A DNA stretch of 60,299 nt, filler included. It is 6 parts of 6 records of this genome, joined end to end, with 100 filler letters (N's around TTAATTAATTAA, not from the genome) between each part and the next. Parts side by side here need not be neighbours in the genome. Positions count along the whole stretch, not along the records: positions 7,624 to 30,328 come from SRR31147125_51925; 5 more parts are not named here. One strand, given 5' to 3'. Made by a program: the position numbers and the translations under genes. The notes beneath the pieces were generated by a model. That model saw only the letters and a program-made list of their open reading frames with translations. It was not told the DNA's origin and ran no database searches. Positions 8,887 through 18,186 of this stretch are shown here, piece after piece. How positions within the stretch are numbered: position 1 is the first letter of the stretch; every line of letters begins with the position of its first letter.

Positions 8887-10289
8887 ATGGCATCTATAAC
8901 AAAACGCAAATCCAAATATGCTGTCGTTTACAGCTACTATGATGAACACGGGGAAAAAAAGCAAAAATGGGAAACGTGGGGGACTTTGAAAGAAGCAAAA
9001 AAAGGAAAACAGAGATTGAGTACCAGCAAAGTAATAATACCTTTATCCCTCCGACAGTAAAAACGGTATCGGACTTGCTTTATGAGTTTGTACAAACCTA
9101 CGGTGTTAACAAATGGGCCTTGTCCACCTACACATCAAAAAAAGGGCTTATTGACAACTATGTAAATCCATATATCGGTGACTGGAACCTTGATGATGCA
9201 ACACCACGCGCGATGGACGAGTACTATAAAAAGCTGCTGACAGTCAAGGCGAAAACAGGTTTCCAACAGCCAGAAGCAGAAAAGACCATTTCGGCGCGTA
9301 ATATACGGGAAATACACAAAGTATTGCACTGTGCATTCAATCTGGCGGTTAAGTGGGAGTATATCTCCCGCAACCCCGTAGAAAATGCCACTCTCCCGAA
9401 GTCAGAATCAAAGAAGCGTGAAATCTGGACAGCGGAAACGCTCTTTCACGCGCTGGAGCTTTGTGAGGATGAACGATTGGCGTTGGCTATCAATCTGGCG
9501 TTTTCTTGTTCTTTAAGAATAGGTGAACTGACTGGCCTTACGTGGGACTGCGTAGACATATCCGAGCAAAGCATCTCCAATAATAACGCCTCAATTTACA
9601 TTGAGAAAGAGCTTTCCAGAGTCTCTAGGGATGCGATGAATATACTGGACAACCGGGACGTGATCCAAGTGTTTCCCGCAGTCCTTTCTTCACCGGCCAC
9701 AGCATTGGTGCTGAAAAAACCAAAAACGAAAACTAGTGTCCGACGCATTTGGCTACCGCCAACAGTGGCACAAATGCTTGTCCGGGCAAAGCAGATACAA
9801 AATGACTGGAAGGATATTTTGAGGAACGAATATCAGGACTATAATCTTGTGTTCACATTGTCCAACGGACGTCCCTGCGAGGAACGGGTTATTGTAAAAT
9901 CCTTTAAGAAGTTAATTAACGACAACAACTTGCCCGACGTAGTGTTCCACAGTCTGCGGCACACCAGTACGACTTACAAGCTGAAACTAACAGGTGGTGA
10001 TATGAAAGCGGTTCAGGGTGACACTGGTCACGCTCAGCTTAAAATGGTAGCGGATGTGTATTCACACATTATTGACGAAGATAGAAGAAATAATGCCATT
10101 TGCTTTGAGAAGGTGTTTTATCAAAAACACCAACCAAAGTTACCCGTAGAAGAACCAGCCACCCCAACAGAGCAGACACCAGCACCGGCCTCTGATACGA
10201 TCATTCAGATGCTTCAAAATTCTCCAGACCTTGCAAACCAATTGCTTAAGGCGTTAGGCAATTTGGCTGCAACACCGATTAGCAAATGA
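8887..10289 (+). CDS. int: Tyrosine recombinase/integrase with apparent -1 frameshift at the A7 run 8997-9003
   Basis: aaggag RBS and MASITKRK start at 8887; catalytic R (SLRIGE), K (PKTKTS), HSLRH, GH and Y (VYSH) intact in the -1 frame. Confidence 0.9.
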
Positions 10290-10358
10290 GCTGTTTCGGG
10301 CGGATCAATTTAGCAAAGGAAATGGCTGATTAGCAAAACAGCCATTTCGATTAGCAAA
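10277..10358 (+). repeat. Four ttagcaaa direct repeats, putative integrase arm-type sites
   Basis: Copies start at 10279, 10310, 10330 and 10351; three are preceded by ga. Confidence 0.65.
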
Positions 10359-10481
10359 AACGGTTCGTAACCCTCAAACCGATTAGCTGGTGACAGAAGT
10401 CTCACGTTTCTGATATTTCCAAAAATCCCAATGCTTAAGTTCATTATAAATGCTTTCTTCACAGAAAGCGTCCAGAAATAA

Positions 10482-10527
10482 AAGAAGCTGAAAACCCGCA
10501 TAAATACAGGCTTCCAGCTCGTTTTTT
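10482..10527 (-). terminator. Hairpin after tRNA-Arg
   Basis: Imperfect stem agctgaaaacc...ggcttccagct with an A-rich flank on +. Confidence 0.5.
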
Positions 10528-10603
10528 TGGCACCCCAGAGACGACTTGAACGTCCGACCCTTCGCTTAGGAGGCGAATGCTCTATCCACTGAGCTACTGG
10601 GGC
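10528..10603 (-). tRNA. tRNA-Arg(CCT), complete with CCA
   Basis: Reverse complement GCCCCAG-TAGCTCAGTGGATAGAGC-A-TTCGC CT CCT AA GCGAA...GTTCAAGTC..CTGGGGT-G-CCA folds as a cloverleaf. Confidence 0.95.
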
Positions 10604-10654
10604 ATATTAACTTTTTTCCATGTTGTGCCGTCCGAAAAGCGGATGAACCGTTTA

Positions 10655-10697
10655 TCGCTTAGGAGGCGAATGCTCTATCCTGCTGAGCTACGGGGGC
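10655..10697 (-). pseudogene. 5' half of a second, non-identical tRNA-Arg(CCT); att-site scar candidate
   Basis: GCCCCCG-TAGCTCAGCAGGATAGAGC-ATTCGCCTCCTAAGCGA, then no T-arm or acceptor 3' strand. Confidence 0.85.
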
Positions 10698-10806
10698 TTA
10701 TTTACCTCAAGGCGTAAAAGGCTTAGAACGTGCTTGCGTTCAAATACAACAGCGTATGAACGATTTGGCCCGGATGCCCAAGACACGGCCTTTTACGGCT
10801 CCAACA

Positions 10807-10835
10807 ATTTTAGCTTATCCGAGCGAGTGTGTCAA
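10807..10835 (-). promoter_or_regulatory. Sigma-A promoter of the tRNA-Arg locus
   Basis: TTGACA-17 nt-TAAAAT on the minus strand. Confidence 0.7.
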
Positions 10836-10879
10836 GAAGATTCAGCCCTTTATAGATCGGGCAGGCGAGCGTGCCCGAG

Positions 10880-10908
10880 TTGACAGATATTCTATACGTA
10901 TGTATGAT
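10880..10908 (+). promoter_or_regulatory. Sigma-A promoter of murI
   Basis: TTGACA-17 nt-TATGAT. Confidence 0.7.
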
Positions 10909-10976
10909 TATGGAACGAGCTGTCTAAACTCTGATTGTCGTGATTTCAGGACAATTCTTACATACGAGGTGTCTTT

Positions 10977-11750
10977 ATGCTGATTGGTTTTTTTGATTCC
11001 GGCGTCGGCGGCCTTACCGTCCTGCACGAGGCCATGAAAAAGCTTAAGCAGTCTGACTATATTTACTACGCCGATACGCAGGGTGTCCCATATGGGGAAA
11101 AGACGAAAGAACAGGTCCGGGCGTATGTTATCAAAGCCGCGGATTTTATGACGCGCCAGGGCGTAGACGCACTTGTCGTGGCCTGTAATACGGCCACGAG
11201 CGTGGCGATTGAGGACCTGCGTCAAGCGTACAAGATACCGATTATCGGTATGGAGCCGGCTGTCAAGCCCGCTGTGGAAAATCACAAGGATAAGCGCGTA
11301 CTCGTCACAGCTACGCCGCTGACGCTCCAGGAGGAAAAGCTCAAACAGCTCATCACGCGGCTTGACTGCGAGGATATCGTCGATCTTCTGCCGCTGCCGG
11401 GACTCGTCCGATTTGCCGAAGAGGCCGTCTTCGATGAAAACATCGTTTTAAAATACCTGAATGAAGCGCTCGGCGCGCGTAATATCGGCCAGTATCAAAC
11501 GATTGTGCTGGGATGTACGCATTTTATATTCTATAGGGATGTCTTTAAAAAGCTGCTGGGTCCCAATATAGATATTATTGACGGCAACGGCGGGACGGTG
11601 CGGCGGCTGATGCAGACATTGGAGGCCGGCACAATCCCGTACGGGGGGGCCGGACGGATTGCTTTTTACGCGTCTGGTGAGTTTACGAGCGACGACGTTA
11701 TGCTCCGCCATTACAAAGGCCTGCTGCAAAGATTGGAAAACCATAGTTAA
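10977..11750 (+). CDS. murI: Glutamate racemase
   Basis: FDSGVGGLTV, VACNTAT, LGCTH. Confidence 0.95.
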   Translation: MLIGFFDSGVGGLTVLHEAMKKLKQSDYIYYADTQGVPYGEKTKEQVRAYVIKAADFMTRQGVDALVVACNTATSVAIEDLRQAYKIPIIGMEPAVKPAVENHKDKRVLVTATPLTLQEEKLKQLITRLDCEDIVDLLPLPGLVRFAEEAVFDENIVLKYLNEALGARNIGQYQTIVLGCTHFIFYRDVFKKLLGPNIDIIDGNGGTVRRLMQTLEAGTIPYGGAGRIAFYASGEFTSDDVMLRHYKGLLQRLENHS

Positions 11751-11760
11751 CCGACATAAT

Positions 11761-11801
11761 AAAAAGGGCTGTAGCAATTTCCGTTTTGCTACAGCTCTTT
11801 T
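11761..11801. terminator. Bidirectional terminator
   Basis: aaaaagggctgtagcaa...ttgctacagctctttt between convergent genes. Confidence 0.8.
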
Positions 11802-11813
11802 CCGTATTCGATT

Positions 11814-12182
11814 TTATTCCTGAGAAGTGGTTTCCTTGAGCTGGATTTTAAGGCCGTTGGGGTCCTGTATGAAGAAGTATTTGACAGTGGGGTGGATAAC
11901 CGGGCCGCTGTAGATGGGAATGTTGTTTTCCTCAACCATCTTGAGCGCCTCGTCCAGCGAGGGCACCTCAAATCCATACGAGACGGCGTCGCCGACGACA
12001 GCATGGACACTTTCGGCGTTGTATACAAGCTCAATCTGCATTTCGCCGGCGTCAAAAAAAGCCAGCTCTGTGCCTGGAATGGGGCTGAACCGGGCAGTAA
12101 GCTTGAGGCCGATGATATCCCGATAAAACTTTAGTGACGCGTCCATATCCTTAACCAGAAGTGTTGCCCAGCAAAATTTCAT
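11814..12182 (-). CDS. VOC/glyoxalase family protein
   Basis: LLVKDMDASLKFYRDIIGL...FFIQDPNGLKIQL. Confidence 0.85.
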   Translation of the reverse strand: MKFCWATLLVKDMDASLKFYRDIIGLKLTARFSPIPGTELAFFDAGEMQIELVYNAESVHAVVGDAVSYGFEVPSLDEALKMVEENNIPIYSGPVIHPTVKYFFIQDPNGLKIQLKETTSQE

Positions 12183-12261
12183 TTTGATGACCTCCAGACA
12201 GTTTTACACGTCAGGCGACGGCGCCTTGGAATGCTGTCTTACGTAATAGAGGACTGCTGTC

Positions 12262-13488
12262 TCAGCTTTGTATAGCGCGGCATTCCAGATAATAACGTTT
12301 GTCGCGTGCTTCGCCGATGGAAAAGCTCTTGCGGGGAAACACACCGCCGCTGACAACGGTCTTGAAAAATTCGGATTTATCCATCCTCGGCAACAGGAAA
12401 CCGACACGCTCGTCTTCGCTGGCCAGCTCTTTGAGAGAATCCTCGCCGTGTATGAAGTCGATATCGCCGTCGTTTTGTGCCAGATATTCATCCAGCAGTG
12501 TCTGCAGCCTTTTAATCATGCCGCCGATGCTTTCAGCACGGACGGTAAGCGTGCCCGAGTCACCGGCAGTATGCCACTGTACGTCGTAATCGCGGCCGCT
12601 GCCGCCCGAAAGGTCTGCTTCGAGTGCCGGAATCAACGCATTGGGGTCTATACCGGCTACGAGACGGTGTATCGCTTCAAAGCGGATGGCCGGGTCGTAG
12701 ACGTTGCAAAGCTCCATGAGCGCGTATCGGGCGGGATGACCGGCGCGTTCGCTGTCGCTGAGTGTTTTTTTGAGCGCGTCCCAGTAATCCTTGGCGGCGG
12801 CCAGCGAATGGTTACCGTCGCCGATGATAATCTGGACACTGCTGCCGGAAAATAGCGACGCCAGCCGGGCGGCCGTCTCGTCGCACTCTAAGCCCTCGAC
12901 GCGCCAGCCTTTGACGCGTCCGCCGCCCTCTAGGAGGTCAAAATCATAAACCGACTCCAGCCGATTTTTCCGCTCGGAAAGCGTCTCAATGACGCTTTGC
13001 GCCGCGTCGTCAATAAGCGCCATGATATGCGGCAGCTCAAGCGGCGCGCGCTTTCTGATTTCCATTCGCGCCGGCAGGCGGGAGACAATCGTCTTTTCAC
13101 TGGCGCGTACAACGGAGGCTGAGCCGGGACGGTAATCGTAGGACTCCAGATCGAGCATTCCTACTAGGCCGCGGCGGATACCGCCGTCCGTCAGAGTTCG
13201 CTCAAGGTAGATGAAGGAGCGGCTGAGCGTGCGCATCAGACCCGACTTTATGTAATAGTCCATCTCGGCGCCTGCCGCATCTGCCCGAGCAACGGGGTCA
13301 ATGGAAGACAGGCGCGCCTCGGGTACAATGAGCTTTAAAGTAGACGGATTGTCGCCGACGGCCGTTTCAACCCGGTCCCAGTATGCGGGCTCCGATGAAA
13401 ATTGGTCGCAGGCAATGACGCTCCATTTGGTCATATCCACGCCGGCAGGGAGCAAAATGTCGGCCGGTAAAAAAGCGTTTTCAGTCAC
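12262..13488 (-). CDS. DUF1015 family protein
   Basis: WSVIACDQF, IGDGNHSLAAAK, FPRKSFSIGEARDKRYYLE. Confidence 0.85.
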   Translation of the reverse strand: MTENAFLPADILLPAGVDMTKWSVIACDQFSSEPAYWDRVETAVGDNPSTLKLIVPEARLSSIDPVARADAAGAEMDYYIKSGLMRTLSRSFIYLERTLTDGGIRRGLVGMLDLESYDYRPGSASVVRASEKTIVSRLPARMEIRKRAPLELPHIMALIDDAAQSVIETLSERKNRLESVYDFDLLEGGGRVKGWRVEGLECDETAARLASLFSGSSVQIIIGDGNHSLAAAKDYWDALKKTLSDSERAGHPARYALMELCNVYDPAIRFEAIHRLVAGIDPNALIPALEADLSGGSGRDYDVQWHTAGDSGTLTVRAESIGGMIKRLQTLLDEYLAQNDGDIDFIHGEDSLKELASEDERVGFLLPRMDKSEFFKTVVSGGVFPRKSFSIGEARDKRYYLECRAIQS

Positions 13489-13524
13489 TTGGAGGATCTC
13501 CTGATTATAAGATAAATATAGAAG

Positions 13525-14775
13525 CTATATAATGACGGCGCCGTATTTTGAAACGGCCTCCTCGAGCTTTGAACGCTCGCATTTGGGGCAGGAAACGGCA
13601 GCAATACCGGTTATGGCGCGCATCGATGACGACAGTACGTCCGTATCATCGGAGATGAGATACAGCGGCTTGTCGCTTTGATACTGTATTGTTTTAACGG
13701 CGCTGACGGCGTCCTCGCGGGAAATGCCGTCCGGGAGCATGACTGTGAGGATATTTTCCCCGGCGTCGGCCTGCTCCAGCGCGTCTTCAACGATGTCATC
13801 CGGCGTTTTGACGGCGTTACGGCTTGGCAGCGTTTTGGCGCTAAGCCCCTCGATGCTTTCGATCTGCATCGGCGTGCAGATTTTATTCGAAGCGTCCCGC
13901 ACGGCATCTGAAGGCTTGAGAGATGAAAATACGCGGCGAAGCTCTGTAATATATTCCGGCGACGTCCCGCAGCATCCGCCGACGATCTTTACGCCGAGCT
14001 CGGCGTAGTGCGCCATCTGGCGCGCGAATTCAGCGGGGTCAACATCGTAAAGGCCCGTCACACTGTCCGGGAGACCGGCATTTGGCTTAATGATAACCGG
14101 GAGACTTGTGTTTGCCAGGACCTCTTCGGCGATGGGATATATCTCGTCGGGCCGCAGCGAGCAGTTGATTCCAATGGCTGACGCGCCAAGGCCCTCGGCC
14201 ATAACAGCAAAGCTTTCCGGCCGGCAGCCCGTAAAGGTTCGGCCGCTCTTGTCAAACGTCATCATCACAAAGACCGGCAGGTTTGTGTTTTCCCGTGCGG
14301 CCAGCATGACCGCTTTGACCTCCAAAAGGTCGCTCATGGTCTCAACGGCGACAAGATCGGCTCCGGCGGCCTCGCCGGCGACAATCTGGCGGCGGTACAG
14401 CTCATACGATTCGTCAAACGTGAGTGTGCCGAAGGGCGCGATAAACTCGCCGACCGGACCTATATCAAGAGCGGTCAGTGCTTTTCCCATGCCGGCTTTT
14501 TTAGCAATGGATACGCCGGCGTTAATAATCTCTTCCACGCTATAGCCGGTGTCCTTCAGCGCAACGGCATTCGCGCCGAGCGTATTTGTTAGCAGGATGT
14601 CACTGCCGGCTTCATAGTAACTGTGCTGAATATCGTAAACGGCCTCGGGCGCAATAATATTCATAATGTCCGGCCGCTGTCCCGGCTTAAGGCCTTTTCT
14701 AAGTAATATCCAGCCGATTGCGCCATCAAAAAACACGAAATTTTGTTTGAGCAGTTCGTCCACCAATCTGAGCAC
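13525..14775 (-). CDS. Homocysteine S-methyltransferase domain protein with short C-terminal extension
   Basis: FDGAIG, GINCS, KPNAGLP and GGCCGT zinc-ligand motifs. Confidence 0.85.
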   Translation of the reverse strand: MLRLVDELLKQNFVFFDGAIGWILLRKGLKPGQRPDIMNIIAPEAVYDIQHSYYEAGSDILLTNTLGANAVALKDTGYSVEEIINAGVSIAKKAGMGKALTALDIGPVGEFIAPFGTLTFDESYELYRRQIVAGEAAGADLVAVETMSDLLEVKAVMLAARENTNLPVFVMMTFDKSGRTFTGCRPESFAVMAEGLGASAIGINCSLRPDEIYPIAEEVLANTSLPVIIKPNAGLPDSVTGLYDVDPAEFARQMAHYAELGVKIVGGCCGTSPEYITELRRVFSSLKPSDAVRDASNKICTPMQIESIEGLSAKTLPSRNAVKTPDDIVEDALEQADAGENILTVMLPDGISREDAVSAVKTIQYQSDKPLYLISDDTDVLSSSMRAITGIAAVSCPKCERSKLEEAVSKYGAVII

Positions 14776-15111
14776 CCCTTGTGAAGCATTTATATGTGTC
14801 CAATACTAAAGTAACGGCGTATAAATGTAAAGTCATTTTACGACTATTCTATAAAAAATACGTTTAAAATTATCTGGTATTATGGTATGATCAGAAAGCA
14901 AATATCCCTGCAGCCAGACGGTTTTCCGATGTAAAGTCGGTGCGTTTTGCTTATTGTAACAGTCATGTCCACGCGTCAGCACGCGTAAGATTATCAAAGC
15001 GATTTTGGCACGCAATAACATATATAGGGGCCGGCTTCGTGCCGACAGCTTCGAACGTACGGAATTTTAAAGAAATTATTATATGTACATTTAGCGTATG
15101 GGGGTTAACGA

Positions 15112-15741
15112 ATGGATAAATTCATTATTACCATCAGCAGGGAATTTGGCAGCGGCGGCAGAAAAATCGGCGAGAAGCTGGCCGCGCGCCTCGGTGTGGA
15201 GTGTTATGATAAAGTGCTGATACAGCTCGCAGCCGATAAGAGCGGCCTGTCCTATGACTTTATCAAGCAAAATGAGGACCATGCCACCAACAGCCTGCTA
15301 TACAATATCACCGCAGCTACATCGTTTTCAAACTTCAGAACCATGGCGTTTTTTGATACGCCAGTTAACGACAAGGCTTTTTTCGCCCAGGCTGAGGTTA
15401 TTCGCGATCTTGCTCAAAAAAACTGTGTCATCGTCGGCCGTTGCGCCGATTATATCCTTCAGGATGAGCCGGGGCTTGTGCGCCTTTATATTACCGGCAG
15501 CCTGAGCGACCGCGTGCACAGAGCTGTCCAGCACTATGAGGAATCCTGTGAAAAAGCGGACGAGCGCATTAAAAAAATAGATAAAAGCAGAGGGAACTAC
15601 TATAAATACTATACCGGACGCGTCTGGGGCAATATACAAAATTACGATCTTATCATTAACTCTTCTTTTACGGGTATCGACGGGGCCGTAGATGTCATCG
15701 TCACGATGCTGCGCAATAAGGGCGTTGAAATTAAAGCATAA
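15112..15741 (+). CDS. Cytidylate kinase-like family protein
   Basis: ITISREFGSGG, CVIVGRCADY, YYKYYTG..WG...NYDL.IN. Confidence 0.9.
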   Translation: MDKFIITISREFGSGGRKIGEKLAARLGVECYDKVLIQLAADKSGLSYDFIKQNEDHATNSLLYNITAATSFSNFRTMAFFDTPVNDKAFFAQAEVIRDLAQKNCVIVGRCADYILQDEPGLVRLYITGSLSDRVHRAVQHYEESCEKADERIKKIDKSRGNYYKYYTGRVWGNIQNYDLIINSSFTGIDGAVDVIVTMLRNKGVEIKA

Positions 15742-15786
15742 CAGCAATAATACAGCGGCTTAATTAATGGCAATAGAACCACTATG

Positions 15787-15860
15787 AAACATGCAATCTA
15801 AAATTAGATTGCATGTTTTTGTGCAATAATGGTTGACAATGCATTGGCGTGAGTTATAAT
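15787..15860 (+). promoter_or_regulatory. 15-bp perfect inverted repeat followed by a consensus sigma-A promoter
   Basis: aaacatgcaatctaa-aa-ttagattgcatgttt (15787-15818); TTGACA 15833-15838, 16 nt, TATAAT 15855-15860. Confidence 0.75.
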
Positions 15861-15893
15861 GAGGATAATGTTAATTGTAGAGCTGGTGATACG

Positions 15894-18050
15894 ATGTACT
15901 GTGCGGTAATAGGCAGCCTGGCAAATATGGAATGGACAGATGCGGCGGAGCAGCGGCGTTTGTCTGAGCGACTAGGACTGCTCCTAAATCGGATCAACAA
16001 TGAGTACGATCAGCAAATCTCTGAAAAGTTTACGATGACATCCGGGGAAGAGTTTCAGGGTCTTTTAAGAGCGTCCTGGCCAGTTATCGGGATATTTGAG
16101 TGGTTAATAAGGGGATTGTATCCGCAAAGTGTACGAATCGGCGTTGGCATCAGCGAACTGTACACCCGGGTCGACTCGGCTAACACGCTCAGAGTGGACG
16201 GCCCGGCTCAAAAGTATGCCAGAGAAAGCTTAAACAGCCTTAAGTCATTGGACGTAAGCGCGGCCGGCTACTACGTAGCATTTAAAACCGGAACAAACGA
16301 CGCGTTTTTGTTAAACGCGCTTTGTTCGGCTGTGTCGGATATGATGAGCGGCTGGACCGACAAGCAGCGTGAAACAGTCTGGAAAACCACGGAGTACGCC
16401 GGTCAGCAAAAAGTGGCCGCCGAAGCGCTCGGTGTCAATCAGTCAACCGTTACGCGCCAGCTCCAGGCGGCCAATTACACAAGATATAGGGCTCTTTTAA
16501 CGGCGCTGGAAGAATATCTGCGCAATGAGTACGATATGAGCGTGAAAGATGAAACGCCAAGCGTTAAGGCGGAAGGCTATTACAATACCGGCGTTTACTA
16601 TTATAAACGGTTTGATTACGGTAAGGCGCTGGATTATCTGAAAAGAGCCGTTACCTTGAGAGAGAGTGAGCTGGGGCAAAATCATCCCGATACAATTGCT
16701 ACCTTGAACGTACTGGGTGACGTATACCTGGCCCGTGAAGAATATGCCGAAGCGCTTGATAATTATAAAAAAGTCAATCAGGCGCGAAAATCAACGCTGG
16801 GAAACAAGCATCCGGATACGGCAAAGTCCTATAATGATGTGGCAAATGTCTTGAGGCAGATGGGCGAATGCGACGAGGCGCAAAAATGGTATAAAAAAGC
16901 GCTTGTTATTCGAGAACATATGCTGGGCGGGAATGACCCGGACACGGCCAACACCTATGACGACCTGGGCCTGCTGTTCGCCAGGACGGGCGAATACGAA
17001 AAAGCCCTGGATTTAATTGAAAAAGCAATGCTTATCCGGGAAAAGTTACTGGGACCGGAGCATCCGGATACGGCTGAATCTATAAAAAATATGGCCCTGC
17101 TTTTTTACGTTCAGGAACACTATGACCTGTCTTTGCAGTGGCTTGAAAAGGCGTTGGTGATTCAGGAAAAGCATCTGGGACGGGAGCATCCGCGCGTTGC
17201 GGATACCTACGGCAAAATCGCCGATAATTATTTTCGTAAAAAGGCGTTTAACAAGGCCTTTGAGTGGTATAAAAAGGCCCTGGACGTTAATAACAGAACG
17301 CTTGGAGATGAGCATCCGGCAACAGCAGCCTGCTGCAACGGCATTGGTGAGGTTTTCCTAAGCGAAAAAAAGCCGGAGGAGGCGCTCAAATGGTTCAAAA
17401 AAGCATTGAAAATACGCGAAAAAACACCGGGTATGGAGCATCGCGACACGGCGGAGACGTATGAAGGTATTGCCGGTGTCTATAAAGTATCCGGAGAGCC
17501 GCAGCAGGCGGTAGAATGGTATAAAAAAGCGGCGGATGTGCTGGAAAAAGCGCTGGGGGCAACACACCCGGCTTTAGTTGGGACCTATGAAGCCCTGGCG
17601 GAGGTCTATCTAAGCGTCAGTGATAACATCCAGTCGATGCTGTGGCTTAAAAAAGCTCTTCGTATCAACGAAAGGGTTCACGGTCCGGCACACCCGGATA
17701 CGGCGGGGGATTATAAAAAGATTGCTTGGGTTTACTATAATGACGGCGACAGGGATGAGGCGCTCAAATGGATGGAAAGAACCCGAAGAATCTATGAAAA
17801 GCTTCTGGGCGATACGCATCCCGATACAGCCGCAATATACGCCAGTCTGGGTACTCTCTACAGAGAAAACGGCGAAGCTGAAAAATCGCTGCTTTATTTG
17901 CTGAACGCGCTTAGCATTTATTCTAGTGCGGGCCAGTCGGCTGGAGAGCCTGTAAAGCTTCTGCTTAAAAATATCTCGGAACTGTATCAGGAGAAGAAGG
18001 ACTTCGAAAAGGCCTACCAATACATGAAGATGCTCACGGAGATTACGTGA
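15894..18050 (+). CDS. SatD-family N-terminal domain with HTH fused to ~11 42-aa TPR repeats
   Basis: GEEFQG, RIGVG, DGPA, WT.KQ, AEALGVNQSTVTRQL; periodic HPDTA-type motifs. Confidence 0.8.
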   Translation: MYCAVIGSLANMEWTDAAEQRRLSERLGLLLNRINNEYDQQISEKFTMTSGEEFQGLLRASWPVIGIFEWLIRGLYPQSVRIGVGISELYTRVDSANTLRVDGPAQKYARESLNSLKSLDVSAAGYYVAFKTGTNDAFLLNALCSAVSDMMSGWTDKQRETVWKTTEYAGQQKVAAEALGVNQSTVTRQLQAANYTRYRALLTALEEYLRNEYDMSVKDETPSVKAEGYYNTGVYYYKRFDYGKALDYLKRAVTLRESELGQNHPDTIATLNVLGDVYLAREEYAEALDNYKKVNQARKSTLGNKHPDTAKSYNDVANVLRQMGECDEAQKWYKKALVIREHMLGGNDPDTANTYDDLGLLFARTGEYEKALDLIEKAMLIREKLLGPEHPDTAESIKNMALLFYVQEHYDLSLQWLEKALVIQEKHLGREHPRVADTYGKIADNYFRKKAFNKAFEWYKKALDVNNRTLGDEHPATAACCNGIGEVFLSEKKPEEALKWFKKALKIREKTPGMEHRDTAETYEGIAGVYKVSGEPQQAVEWYKKAADVLEKALGATHPALVGTYEALAEVYLSVSDNIQSMLWLKKALRINERVHGPAHPDTAGDYKKIAWVYYNDGDRDEALKWMERTRRIYEKLLGDTHPDTAAIYASLGTLYRENGEAEKSLLYLLNALSIYSSAGQSAGEPVKLLLKNISELYQEKKDFEKAYQYMKMLTEIT

Positions 18051-18186
18051 AAGCAAAAAATCTGCGATAAAAATAGTTGGCATAACATCAAATGTAGAGA
18101 TGCAAGTTATAGATATATTGCATAATAATATGCAATATGATAAATAAATGCACATCATAAATGCGCCTGGAATGGGAGAAATTAAA

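Larger units (their letters stand above)
7624..10697. mobile_element. Integrase-proximal end of an ICE/IME inserted at tRNA-Arg(CCT)
   Basis: Sigma-r4 gene, excisionase, tyrosine integrase, ttagcaaa repeats, tRNA and duplicated tRNA fragment; exact boundary (in the tRNA or in the half-tRNA) uncertain. Confidence 0.85.

Noticed and set aside
10604-10654. Spacer between the half and full tRNA as an intron or permuted tRNA
   Set aside because: The downstream sequence is a whole tRNA, not a matching 3' exon, and 51 nt is too short for a self-splicing intron
10700-10800. cgtaaaaggc/gccttttacg long-range stem as a separate sRNA, and the overlapping 75-aa ORF
   Set aside because: It lies in the tRNA precursor leader; no independent evidence for an sRNA, and the ORF overlaps two promoters
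16670-17840. 126-nt periodic catccgga(t/c)ac-like repeats as a CRISPR or other array
   Set aside because: They are the coding repeats of the TPR units
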